Source of the DNA: Prorocentrum cordatum
Taxonomy: Eukaryota
Direction of reading: 5' to 3'
DNA: 53,293 nucleotides
Assembly (NCBI GenBank): GCA_963575745.1
Contig: CAUYUJ010000329.1
Location: 62,001 to 115,293 of the forward strand
The notes beneath the pieces were generated by a model. It had not been told where the DNA came from. It worked only from the letters and a program-made list of their open reading frames with translations, and searched no databases. Below are positions 19,979 to 30,441 of the stretch, one piece after another. Within the stretch, counting starts at the first letter, position 1, and each line of letters begins with the position of its first letter. A program made the translations under genes and the position numbers.

Positions 19979-22787
19979 GAGACTGGCGCGTGAGCCAAAG
20001 GGGAGACTGGCAGGCCGGGCGCACCTGGGTGTCCGGTACTAGGCCTTTGACCCTGTGGGACAAGGTCCAGTGCACCTGGGCAACGTGTTGTTTTAGCCCC
20101 CGAAATTTTAGAAATGTGCGCGAGCACCATGGGCAAGTGAGCACCGCTGGGTAGTGCGCTGCCAGGCGTTGCTGCTCGATCGGGTGCTGTACATGGTCCG
20201 TCGGCAGGGGGATCCCACATGGGACAGTAATGGCAAAAAAGTGCTTGGCAGCTGCCTCGGCGAGTGCTGCGCGAGCGAAATGCTGTGCTCCCGCTGTAAG
20301 GGCATTGCGAATTCGACGCTTCCATCCTGTGTGGGATTGGAGAGCGAGGGCCTCCCACTGGTCCAGGTGCGACATTGGCGGGGGCATTTGTGCTAGATTG
20401 GCAGAAAATTCGCCCAGCCACTGTAGGTCCTTCTGCACCAGGGCAAGCCATGAGTCTGGGACGTCTGCGGCTAATTTGGCCAGCAGGGAGGTGAGGTGCG
20501 GAGGTCCCGTGCGGAGGAGCCTGCCAAAGAGGCGCAGACGCATTGCACTAAAGATATGCGGCAGAGGGGGTCTGCAGACCTTGGCCAGGACGAATGAGTC
20601 CCGCTCTGCCGTGCTGTCGCACCTTGGGAGGTGGAGCAAGCGCCTGTGCATTCTCATGAACTCTCCTTGTAAGGAGACTATTTGCGGTCCAGTGAGCAAT
20701 GGCCAAACCGCGGCATTAAAAAGGCGGGAGGAGAGGATGAGGGAGTCCAGTAAATGCAGGTGCTCATGAAGCCAGGTACTAGAAGAGTGGCGCAAGAATT
20801 GACGGGCAAGATTGCGCCAGCTGGGGGCCGCCTCCGATCGCCTGTGGGCGAGTTCGGGGCCTATGCTGCCCTTTTCGTCCAGGTGCGTACCTAGATATGT
20901 GTATATTCTGGCGAAGTGGAGGGAAAAAGGCGAATGCCCGAGAGTAGGTGAGACTAGCATTTGCCCATTGAGCCCTTGGGGGTCCCAGAGCTTGCGACGA
21001 AGTGATATGGAAGCTTCCCCTCTAAACTGAAAAAGGCACATGGTTTTGTTGACTTGAAAATTTAGCTTGATGCCTGAGAGCGCGTAGGCTTCGACTACGA
21101 TGGCCATTAGCACGGGCATGGCGTCAAATAGCTCCTTAGTGGGACCAAGGAAGGCATAGGCACCATCATCGAAAAAGCATGAGTCCAGATATTGGTGCAC
21201 TTCTGTCTCTGCGGAGGCTATATTGTCCTTGTTATGAGCGAAAAAAGAGCGCGGGGCATCCTTGTCCACCTGGACATTGAGAATAAGGTGTGCAAGCGGT
21301 GATTCGGTGAGCTGCTTGACAGCTTCGTTATTGGCTCGGGCCATGAGGAAGTTGAAAAGAACGTCTCCGAGCTGCTGTCCTGGGATGGTGCCACGTAATG
21401 TGAGTGCTACCCCTGAGGCTCCTGGGTAGAAGGCCCAGGTATGCTCGCATGCAGCCGAGATTTGTGCGTGGAGATGCGGGGGGAGACCAGCCTCCTGCAG
21501 TATAGGAGGGGCAGAGAGCAAATGTCTTATTAGTTCTTCACCTGTCTCCTGGGGGAGATCAAGGGAAGCAACTAAGTAGTAAAGGTCAGCTTGTTGCGAG
21601 TCGCAGTAAAATATGAGCTGTCGGAGGGCCCTGTAAAAGGCTGAGACAGCATCTATAAATATGTATGCTGAGGAAATGCGCTGGCTATTTGCGTAGGCTT
21701 GGTGCGCTAAGACCGCGAGCGTGGCGAAATCTGTGCCCCGTCCAGCGATGCCGCCAGACTGTGAGGCGCCTGCCATGGGAGGAAGATATTCCACCAGTTC
21801 TTTGCGCAATAGGGCACGATGCCGCTTGGAGAAGTGGGGGGAGGCCATTACCGAGCGGGAGTTGGCCATTATGGCCGGATTGCCTTTACCTTTAAAAATG
21901 TCGAAGTTGTACCCTCCCCGCCAAGCCAGCGGTTCCTCAAGGCGCACCTGCGCCTTGAGGTGGACCGGGTAGTACTGCTTCGCAAGTAGACGGTGAAACG
22001 ACTTGACAAAGGCTCCTTTGAAGCCATCCACGCTGGCTGCCGAGTCTGGGGTCCTGGCATAGGCGCGCTCGATTTGCGCTAGGGAGAAGAGGGAGTATGG
22101 AGGGGGAACATCCACAGTAAGGTCAGCGGGCAAATACGATGCACTAGCGTCGTAGGCCTTGGCATGTTTGAGCGGGATAACTGCACCATGCTCCTGTCGA
22201 GCAAAATGGGATAGCCACGTGTCGGCCGCTTGGGTGGCGTCTACCACGAAGGTGCCCGCTGCCGTGGAGAGGATAGGTAGGGGAGAGGGGCGTAGCTTCT
22301 TTTTGGAACCCACGCCCAACGTGCGTAAGCGCGCAAAGGCAGTGCATTGTTGTGAGGTCTGCCATGCCTCGTGAACTTCGGCGGCAATGCCTTGTAGGTG
22401 AAAAGCGGCATCCAAGTCGACGGAGCAACGTACTGCCTGTGTGAATTGAGCTAGGACGATGGCCCTGATGGCGCTTGCGCGCGCGCGTAATTGAATGGCA
22501 GCCGCGTGTGCGGTACCTATGGTAGGCGCAGAGCAAGCATGCGGGAAGCGTGTTTTAGCAACGCGTGTAGGCGAGGATGCTAAAAACTGATGCAAGCAGG
22601 CCATGCGAATTCTGGGCTTCCATTTAATGGAGGCATTAGGGTCAGCCATGCTGGCACGCATGCTGCGGAGAGCAGCGCCGAGCTCCGCTAGTTTGGCAAA
22701 AGTATTATTAATTGCGGGCATCAGCGAGAGCTCTTCGTGATGTCGGAAGGCCGCTTTGGGACGTGTAAATGCTTGCCTGGATCGCAC
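19851..22787 (-). CDS. LINE reverse transcriptase plus C2H2 zinc finger (ORF2 middle)
   Basis: AASVDG, W.GG..FDIFKGKG...NSRSV, SQSGG, FIDAVSAFY, GTIPGQQLGDVLF, FFDD (about 21165-21176), GIKLN...KT, YTYLG; CPWC..F....GLKQHVAQVH. In frame with the upstream ORF across a single TAG at 22839-22841. Confidence 0.92.
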   Translation of the reverse strand: MRSRQAFTRPKAAFRHHEELSLMPAINNTFAKLAELGAALRSMRASMADPNASIKWKPRIRMACLHQFLASSPTRVAKTRFPHACSAPTIGTAHAAAIQLRARASAIRAIVLAQFTQAVRCSVDLDAAFHLQGIAAEVHEAWQTSQQCTAFARLRTLGVGSKKKLRPSPLPILSTAAGTFVVDATQAADTWLSHFARQEHGAVIPLKHAKAYDASASYLPADLTVDVPPPYSLFSLAQIERAYARTPDSAASVDGFKGAFVKSFHRLLAKQYYPVHLKAQVRLEEPLAWRGGYNFDIFKGKGNPAIMANSRSVMASPHFSKRHRALLRKELVEYLPPMAGASQSGGIAGRGTDFATLAVLAHQAYANSQRISSAYIFIDAVSAFYRALRQLIFYCDSQQADLYYLVASLDLPQETGEELIRHLLSAPPILQEAGLPPHLHAQISAACEHTWAFYPGASGVALTLRGTIPGQQLGDVLFNFLMARANNEAVKQLTESPLAHLILNVQVDKDAPRSFFAHNKDNIASAETEVHQYLDSCFFDDGAYAFLGPTKELFDAMPVLMAIVVEAYALSGIKLNFQVNKTMCLFQFRGEASISLRRKLWDPQGLNGQMLVSPTLGHSPFSLHFARIYTYLGTHLDEKGSIGPELAHRRSEAAPSWRNLARQFLRHSSSTWLHEHLHLLDSLILSSRLFNAAVWPLLTGPQIVSLQGEFMRMHRRLLHLPRCDSTAERDSFVLAKVCRPPLPHIFSAMRLRLFGRLLRTGPPHLTSLLAKLAADVPDSWLALVQKDLQWLGEFSANLAQMPPPMSHLDQWEALALQSHTGWKRRIRNALTAGAQHFARAALAEAAAKHFFAITVPCGIPLPTDHVQHPIEQQRLAAHYPAVLTCPWCSRTFLKFRGLKQHVAQVHWTLSHRVKGLVPDTQVRPACQSPLWLTRQSLAAPLFRLLHMCSLPPVPFPTPSPRANRSACYATLRKCQATS

Positions 22788-22838
22788 ATATCGCTTCCAA
22801 GCCGCGATAGCTGCCAGCAGGAAAAGGTTGCTTGCTTC

Positions 22839-24669
22839 CTATTGAAGCGTGTTGGCTTGGCTTATAATTAAAGCTCTGGCATCCATGAGCCTCAGGGTGG
22901 CCATGGAGACGCGGGAATTCGAAGGTGCGCGACCTGTAGACGTGCGGGGTTGGGGAAATGCCTGTAGCATGGCATTGCGCGCTTCCCTGTCCAGGATGAG
23001 CGCGTGGTCGGAGGCGTGCAGGTCGAAAGTTAAAGCTTCAGGGGGAGGCGAGAAAGCGTCTTCAAAAAGCTGTCTGGCCGACGGGTCGAGGTATGCAGTA
23101 GGATCGTGCGGAATACGCATGACCTGGCGTCCCTGGTCTTCATTAGGTCGGAGCTGTAACTTGAAACGGCATACTAAGCACGTGGCAGCGTGGTCTAGCA
23201 CTGCGAGTGCTAAAGTAAGAGAATACTTGACTTCGCATTCATTGGCAGAGGCGCCTATGGGTATAGCTATGTAGTCCCTGCGCTTCCAGTGCTGTTTGAA
23301 GGCGGGATCACGTGCTGGCGCGATCCATGTGCCCGCCCCCATAGGGTGTGGCACAAAGGTGGCCGGCAGCCAAAGTTTAGATGCAAATAGGAATCGATGG
23401 CAAAAGAAGCCAGCCGTGTTAACTTGCTCCGCGTGTTGTGGGCCAATGGCCGCTGATGTTTGCGTGCCCACTGCAGCATTGGAGTCCATAAGGACAAGAG
23501 TAGGAGTGGGCTGCGGTAAAATATGGTCGTGCACGTGTCTAAGGTGCTGCCACCATGCGGCCTGCTCGTGGAGAGGACGCCCGGAATGATGAGCACGTGC
23601 CACGAGGATGCTGAAACGTAGGCCGTTCTGACTGATGACGGCCGCGATAATGCGCGGGTCTTGGTGTACAATACGCACGCTGTGAGACTTAATAGGGAAA
23701 GTGGGAATGCCTTTGGCATTGGGAAAAACGGGCGTGGTAAGGTTGACCCATAGCGCGCAGCCGCAAGCATGAGTTCCAGCTTGAGACTTTGACAAAAAGA
23801 CAACGTACGGGGGAACCTGGCGTTTGCCAGAGCCCGCGGCTGTGACTCGCGTCTCTTGCATACCGATAACGTCGAGCCCATTGCGTTGAAAAGCGGCGGC
23901 CAGTTGGTGGAGGCGCCCTTTGACGGCCACGCCTGTAAGCCTGGCTCTTTGGGAGATGCGCGAAGCAGGCGTGAGAGAGAGAATGTTGGCTGAGGCTAGC
24001 CTGAGACAGCATGATGCCGTGGCGTCTGCGATCGGGGCTGCCTCTTTGGAGAGACCTGGAAAAACATCAGCAAGCGAGGTGCACGGGGGGAGAGGAGGAT
24101 TGAGACTAACTTGATGGTTCGGCGGGTAAAGCGCACGCTGTTGCTGAGGAAGGCACTCAAGCCAGAGCCATTCCAAAATGTGCGCATTGTCTTGGAGAAA
24201 GCTCATGAGGGGCGGAAGCACTGGAGGAGGTAGCAGTGCGAGGGAGTATAGTCTGGCGACCGTGTCAACCATTTCGTTGAGCGGGTCAGCTTGGTGACCG
24301 TGCACGTGCTGCCATGTAAAGCGACGCTTCAGGCCAAGAACCTTGCACAGACTGTCGAGGCGGCTTCTATGTTCCATTAGTGGCTCGGCCACGGTACCGC
24401 CTTGGGCGGTGGCGACAACGTCCATGTTGTCTGAGTGAAAGGTGAGAGGAACGGCGGGAGGGAAGGGGGACTGTAAAGCCCATAACGCCGCCCAGGTGGC
24501 GGCATCGAATTCCGCTTTAGCGGAGACTCTAGTTGCTCCCATTGTCTGCGCGGTGGGACACCCTAGGAAGCCTAGAAAGTGTCGAGTGCCGTTAAGCCAT
24601 GCAAAGACCAGAAAAGCCCACGCTGGCGGGCCAGCGAGATCTCCTTTGGAGGCCCCTCCGCTGGCGTCA

Positions 24670-24708
<39 letters not shown>

Positions 24709-24901
24709 CGGAATCAAAAGCCGCGTAGGGAGTATCGAAGACAAAGCTGTGCCAGGTGGGGATGGAGGAGGAGTGGAGGGCTGGAAAAATGACATCGAAG
24801 TCCCTGACCAACTGTATGGAGGTAGCCGTAAGCACCGGTAGCATCCACCCCATGGGCGGAAGCGGGCTGCGGCGTATACCTTGCCGCCCCCCCAGGTTCA
24901 C
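22839..24901 (-). CDS. LINE ORF2 N-terminus: RNase H followed by AP endonuclease; frameshifted by a (TA)n expansion at 24671-24705
   Basis: RNase H: IYTDAS, AKAEFDA, FHSDN, WQHVHGH..DPLNEMVD. APE: ASANILSL, IGMQETR, LMDSNA, TW, RRDYIAI, LDH. Confidence 0.85.
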
Positions 24902-27468
24902 CCGTGGGCAGTGTCCGGGGGAGCGACCTGAAAAACCGTGCCGTCGCGCGCTGCCTGGGCTAAATCGTCCTGAGCAGCTTGTGCCGCGTGGGCCTCGGCT
25001 TCAGCTCGAAGGTCCGCAGCCTCTGCTTCTGCCATTGCATCTGCAGGACTGCGTGGGGCAGACGTGGCGGATGTCCCTGCACGTGCCTTTGGCTCAGCCT
25101 CGGCTGTCTCGGGCCTGGGGCGACGTGAACCACGAGGGCTCTTGCTGCGTGCTGCCTGCCTAGCTACAAAATCTTCCTCGCTAATGCCTGAAAGCGCGCG
25201 CTCTTCGGCCTGACCCGCGCGTGCGGATCTGCCCCTGGCCTGCGCGCTTGCGCTGCGGCGGGAGGATGCCATGGAGACTGGCTCCCCTTTTTCATCGGAG
25301 AGGTCCCACCCAAGCTGGCTGGCAGAGCGGGTAGGCGGGGGCATGCCGTTGGGATCCTCTACGGAAGCTGCTGCCGGGCTTTGCTGGTTGATAGCCTCCT
25401 CCCTAACCGAGCTATCTTGAAACGAGGGCGCAGTGGTGATCGCCTCCCCTGTCGGCGACTTGGGCACTGGCGCTGGCCCTGGTTTGGGCACGAAACCTAG
25501 GCGGAATAGCGGGCCTGCTTTGGGGGAAGCGCGGGCCTGTTCACATCCTAACGGCGCTGTGGTCCCCCCCCGGACCGTAGCGCCGTGGCTAGAAGTGGCG
25601 GCTGGCACTAGTTGCCCGGCCTTGATCTGTGAGACTAGGGTGTCTACTGAGTTGCGCATGGCTTGGGCCTGGGAGTCAAAACTTGCCTTGATGGTGGCAA
25701 CCTCCCTGGCCATGGCCTCGGCGTTGCTTTGCATGGCCGCGGAGAGTGATGTGATGCAAGGCTGTTCCAACCCTTGGATGCCTGGGAGGGGCGCAGGGCA
25801 GTGGAGGAGTGGGGGAGAGGTCGGCGCTGCCGTGAGGGGCGTGGCCGTTCCCAGGTCATGTGGGTCGGCTTGCTCCTCGCCTGTATGCGTTGCAGAGAGT
25901 GCCGCAGTGCGCTGTACTGCACCTGGCTCCTCCGCCGCGTCCCCCATCATGAGCGAGTCAGTGATGGCGGCGGCTGGCGGTGCTTGCGACTTGAAATAAG
26001 CTAGTAGCATGGAAGCCTGGCTGAGGTCCGCTTGTGCGGTCTGAAGGGCCAGGGCGATGTTGCGCACGTGCTCCTCCGCCTGCGCTTGTTTGGCTGCCAA
26101 TTGCTCACAATCGGCCTGCAGGGAGGCCACCACGTGCTCTTGCTCACTAATCTTGGCCAGCGGATCCCTCGCGTTGGCCAATTGAAAGTTAACTAGTGAA
26201 ATCTCCTTTCGGATCTCGGTGATACGCATATCGGAGTGTCCTAGGAGAGTTGAGGCCCTAAGCTGCAGGATTAGTGCCTCCTTGCTCATTGCAAGGGCCT
26301 TGCGGTGCTCCAGCAGGCGGTCGGGCTCGAGCGGGGGGTAAAGCCAGGCTGAGTGAGAGTGCGCCTCGTCTGGGGCAAGGGTAGGGCACTGCGCTGTGAG
26401 CTCCGCCTCCGAGAGCTCAGTGACAGGATCCAGCGCGCCGAGCGAGGCGGAGGCCTGTTCGGCCGCGAGGAAAGGAGACTGCTGTACAGATGTTGGGCCG
26501 AAGAGTGTAGGGGGAGTGGCCGCACCGTCGTGAGGAGGCGCAAAAGGGGAAGGCTGTGTCTGGGGAGACTGTCCTATGATGCCTGTGTCCCTAGCCCCGT
26601 GTGGGGTGCCAGGAGCCTTCGATGGAGGCTGTTCCCCATCTCTGCGCTGGTACTCGCGATCTCTACGAGCATCGTCCTTCTCGCGCTTCTTGCGCTCCTT
26701 GCTGGAGATCCCAGCCTCTGGGACCGCATGATCTCCTGGGGGTGCGGGGAGCAGGCCGTATTCCGCTGCCCATGCAGCCACCTGATCGAAGGACGGCGCC
26801 CCTGTCGGTGCGTGGCCCTTGCCTAAGCGCACCCCCCCCGTGCTTCCGGAAAAGGAGCGAGGGCCCTTGTGGCCCGGCCCCGCGCCCCCATCATGCAGGG
26901 GCCTGTGCTGCCCCTGACCTTTGGCTGGGCCGACCTTCGCATGTTGGTGACCTGCTGCCCGAGTCGGAAAACAGTTGGGACATGAGACGTCCATAGTGGT
27001 ATTGGCCCGGCCACATTGCAGGCAATACCAGAACTCGGGAGGGGCGCTGCCTTTCTGGTGCACTGGCTGCTGGGGTGGAGGAAAAAAGTCCATGGGAAGG
27101 CGCGTGGCATAAAGAGACGGTGAGGGAGGAGCAGCCAAACGCTGGGTGGGAGAAGTAGCCATACCGTGCTGCTGCAGCCCAGATGTTGGCGAGAGAGGTG
27201 GCGCGTGCGGAGGGGGTAGGGTAGGAGGAACAGCGCCTTGCTGGGGGATACCCTGGAAGGAGTGGTGCTGCGAAAGCATCATCGCAGCCTTGTGCACCCT
27301 TAAAAGAGTGCGGGCGTTAGCGCGCTGCTTGCGCGCTCTGCGATGAGGAGCGGGCTCGTCGCGAGGCCGCTGGGGATAGGAAGGAGGAGAGTAGGCAGGC
27401 GTCGCGCCTGGCAGATGGCGGCCCGATAGGGCGTCGCGGCGGGGATCGGCGCGGAACCGGTTGTGCAA
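24898..27468 (-). CDS. LINE ORF1 (RanBP2-type zinc finger, coiled coil, Pro/Ala-rich)
   Basis: 856-codon ORF directly upstream of ORF2. WYCLQCGRANTTMDVSCPNC (26971-27030) fits W-x-C-x2-C-x3-N-x6-C-x2-C, followed by a heptad-rich segment. The true start codon is uncertain. Confidence 0.8.
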   Translation of the reverse strand: MHNRFRADPRRDALSGRHLPGATPAYSPPSYPQRPRDEPAPHRRARKQRANARTLLRVHKAAMMLSQHHSFQGIPQQGAVPPTLPPPHAPPLSPTSGLQQHGMATSPTQRLAAPPSPSLYATRLPMDFFPPPQQPVHQKGSAPPEFWYCLQCGRANTTMDVSCPNCFPTRAAGHQHAKVGPAKGQGQHRPLHDGGAGPGHKGPRSFSGSTGGVRLGKGHAPTGAPSFDQVAAWAAEYGLLPAPPGDHAVPEAGISSKERKKREKDDARRDREYQRRDGEQPPSKAPGTPHGARDTGIIGQSPQTQPSPFAPPHDGAATPPTLFGPTSVQQSPFLAAEQASASLGALDPVTELSEAELTAQCPTLAPDEAHSHSAWLYPPLEPDRLLEHRKALAMSKEALILQLRASTLLGHSDMRITEIRKEISLVNFQLANARDPLAKISEQEHVVASLQADCEQLAAKQAQAEEHVRNIALALQTAQADLSQASMLLAYFKSQAPPAAAITDSLMMGDAAEEPGAVQRTAALSATHTGEEQADPHDLGTATPLTAAPTSPPLLHCPAPLPGIQGLEQPCITSLSAAMQSNAEAMAREVATIKASFDSQAQAMRNSVDTLVSQIKAGQLVPAATSSHGATVRGGTTAPLGCEQARASPKAGPLFRLGFVPKPGPAPVPKSPTGEAITTAPSFQDSSVREEAINQQSPAAASVEDPNGMPPPTRSASQLGWDLSDEKGEPVSMASSRRSASAQARGRSARAGQAEERALSGISEEDFVARQAARSKSPRGSRRPRPETAEAEPKARAGTSATSAPRSPADAMAEAEAADLRAEAEAHAAQAAQDDLAQAARDGTVFQVAPPDTAHG

Positions 27469-27471
27469 CCG

Positions 27472-27482
27472 CTCGAGCCAAA
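27472..27482 (-). promoter_or_regulatory. DinoSL relic at the LINE 5' end
   Basis: TTTGGCTCGAG vs TTTGGCTCAAG (10/11), at the element boundary. Confidence 0.6.
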
Positions 27483-27520
27483 CCTAGGGAGGGAGGGAGG
27501 GAGGAGGGAGGGGGGGCGGG

Positions 27521-29003
27521 CAAGCTAGATGCGCTCGCGTCATATATGACATCCTACCCCTCCCTCCCATCCCTTACCATGGCGTAGATCCCCTCTCTAC
27601 TCGCACAGTCGGATGTCGAGCAGGGCAATGATCCCGAAAGGGTACGCGATGCATTGTAGAGCACGGCATGGCATGGCGTAGAAGAGCACCGCAAAGCGTA
27701 GTATGTCACAGCATGGCGTAGCGTGGCGTAGTGAAGAATTGCATCACAAAGCTTTGCAACGCAAAGCATGGCATCGCACAGCGGTCCCGCACAGAGCATT
27801 GCATAGCATGGCGTTGAAGATCAAAGCGTAGCACGGCATAGCACGACGTGGCACTTAAGCACTGCATATCACAGTTTCAGCTGAAGGCATGGCATCGCGC
27901 AGCGGAACGCAACCTAGCATTGCATTGCATGCCGTGGCATGGCACGGGAAATGACGCCAGCGCTGCAGCGGGAGCACGATTCGGAACGAGCGGAAGCGCG
28001 GAAATGAGGCCAGCGCTGCAGCGGGAGCACGATTCGGAACGAGCGGAAGCACGGAAATGAGGCCAGCGCTGCAGCGGGAGCACGATTCGGAACGAACGGG
28101 GCCCGAAAATGAGGCCGGCGCCCCAGCGAGAGCAGCATTTTGAAAAAAAATGCAGGCGAAAACCCAACTCCGGGGAATCCTGTGTGTAAAAAACAATACG
28201 CGGGGGGGGGGCGAACACTCCCAACCCGTCATCAGGGGAATGAGGAGAGTAGTATTCATATGCAAGCTAGGTGCGCTCGCGTCATATCTGACATCCTGCC
28301 CCTCCCTCCCATCCCTTACCATGGCGTAGATCCCCTCTCTACTCGCACAGCCGGATGTCGAGCAGGGCAATGATCCCGAAAGGGTACGCGATGCATTGTA
28401 GAGCACGGCATGGCATGGCGTAGAAGAGCACCGCAAAGCGTAGTATGTCACAGCATGGCGTAGCGTGGCGTAGTGACGAATTGCATCACAAAGCTTTGCA
28501 ACGCAAAGCATGGCATCGCATAGCGGTCCCGCACATGACATTGCATAGCATGGCGTTGAAGATCAAAGCGTAGCACGGCATAGCACGACGTGGCACTTAA
28601 GCACTGCATATCACAGCGTCAGCTGAAGGCATGGCATCGCGCAGCGGAACGCAACCTAGCATTGCATTGCATGCCGTGGCATGGCACGGGAAATGACGCC
28701 AGCGCTGCAGCGGGAGCACGATTCGGAACGAGCGGAAGCGCGGAAATGAGGCCAGCGCTGCAGCGGGAGCACGATTCGGAACGAGCGGAAGCACAGAAAT
28801 GAGGTCAGCGCTGCAGCGGGAGCACGATTAGGTACGAGCGGGGCCCGAAAATGAGGCCGGCGCCCCAGCGAGAGCAGCATTTTGAAAAAAATGCAGGCGA
28901 AAACCCAATTCCGGGGAATCTTGTGTGTAAAAAACAGTACGCGGGGGGGGGGGCGAACACTCCCAACCCGTCATCAGGGGAAGCAGGAGAGTAGTATTCA
29001 TAT
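27521..29003. repeat. Tandem duplication of a 742-bp repeat unit (27521-28262, 28263-29003), each with GCATG-like pentamers and about three 53-bp subrepeats
   Basis: CAAGCTAG..GCGCTCGCGTCATAT starts at 27521 and 28263; GCCAGCGCTGCAGCGGGAGCACGATTCGGAACG recurs at 27956, 28009 and 28062. Confidence 0.9.
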
Positions 29004-29028
29004 TGAGTAATTGTTGAGTAATTGTGGA

Positions 29029-29029
<1 letters not shown>

Positions 29030-29060
<31 letters not shown>

Positions 29061-29245
29061 GAGGAGGAGGAGGAGGAGGAGGAGGAGGAGGAGGAGGAGG
29101 AGGAGGAGGAGGAGGAGGAGGACGACGACGACGATGACGACGACGACGACGACGAGGGGACGAGGAGGACGCTGAGGACGAAGAGGAGGACGAGGACGAG
29201 ATGCGACCGAGGACGAGGACGATGACGAGGACGAGGACGAGGATT

Positions 29246-29277
<32 letters not shown>

Positions 29278-29327
29278 AAGGAGGAGGAGGAGGAGGAGGA
29301 GGAGAGGAGGAGGAGGGAGGGGGAGGA

Positions 29328-29359
<32 letters not shown>

Positions 29360-29610
29360 GAGGAGGAGGAGGAGGAGGAGGAGGAGGAGGAGGAGGAGGA
29401 GGAGGAGGAGGAGGAGGAGGGAGGAGGACGAGGAGGAGGACGAGGAGGAAGATGAGGAGGATGAGGAGAAGGAGGAGGAGGAGGAGGAGGAGGAGGAGGA
29501 GAGGAGAGGGAAGGAGGAGGAGGAGGAGGAGGAGGAGGAGGAGGGAGGAGAGGAGGAGGAGGAGGAGGAGGAAGGAGGAGGAGGGGAGAGGGAGGGAGAG
29601 GAGTAGGAGG
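29030..29610. repeat. (GGA)n/(GAC)n microsatellite
   Basis: Direct reading; similar purine/pyrimidine triplet runs at 30290-30880, 37670-38160, 39400-39610, 47930-48080, 49480-50110 and 51890-52090. Confidence 0.95.
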
Positions 29611-30387
29611 CGCGGGCAGCCTGGTGGTACACAATCCGTCGGGAAGTGCCAGCACGCAACCTCGAGCCACAGCAGGCATCTTGTCGGCCACTGGGGCGAA
29701 CGGGACAGCATGGATGGGGCACATCACGTGTTGTTAGGGGGCCGCGCGGTTATCAAGGATTGTACCCTTCGCTCCCACGGAAGGCCCCCCTCCCAAAAAT
29801 CAGAGTCAGTCCAGGGCCTTTCCCACATCCGAGTGGAGGCCTCGAGCAGCATACTTGATTTTCAAAGCGTGGGTGATTCGATTGCTGGGGTGGGCGCTGC
29901 GCCCTTGGTAGAAAACGCCCAGCCCACGGCTGGCACACCTGCGTGGGCACGAGATTGATGCCCTCGGCTACGCCGACGACGCTATCCCCTGCAGTATCCT
30001 TTTGTGCCAGGGTCGCCCATGGGTGTGCCTGATCAACGATCGGGCCCTGGAAGTTACAGAGAGCTCTCGCTGGGCAACGCCCGAAGGAAAGAGTGTATTA
30101 TGCGGTGATTTGAAGAGCCCCCATGCCTCTCGCCTAGGCGGTGACAGGAGCTGCAGGAAGCGAGCCGCAGCATCGTGCGGCATGCGCAAGGGACAGTCGG
30201 AGTCATGACATCTGCGTGCTGGTCCCTCGGTGTCCCTCATTCTTCCCCATTCCCCCATTTTTCCTATCTCTCTCTCCATCTCTTCTTCCCGTTCTCTCCT
30301 TCTTCTTCTTCTGTTTATCGCCTCCTCTCTCTTCCTCTTCCTCCTCCTCCTCCTCCTCCTCCTCCTCATTATCCTTCCTCCTCCTTC

Positions 30388-30441
<54 letters not shown>

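Larger units (their letters stand above)
13563..27485 (-). mobile_element. Apparently full-length 13.9-kb LINE (non-LTR retrotransposon) with a cytosine methyltransferase and a 3' ORF cluster, inserted antisense in an intron
   Basis: T9 at 13564-13572 is a poly(A) tail on minus. SL relic TTTGGCTCGAG at the 5' end (27472-27482). AGGGAGGGAGGG at 13551-13562 and 27486-27497 is a candidate TSD (low complexity). ORF1 and ORF2 are present with APE/RT motifs. Confidence 0.85.

Noticed and set aside
27956..28110. 53-bp periodic repeats as CRISPR or tRNA-like units
   Set aside because: Pure tandem units without unique spacers; no cloverleaf found.
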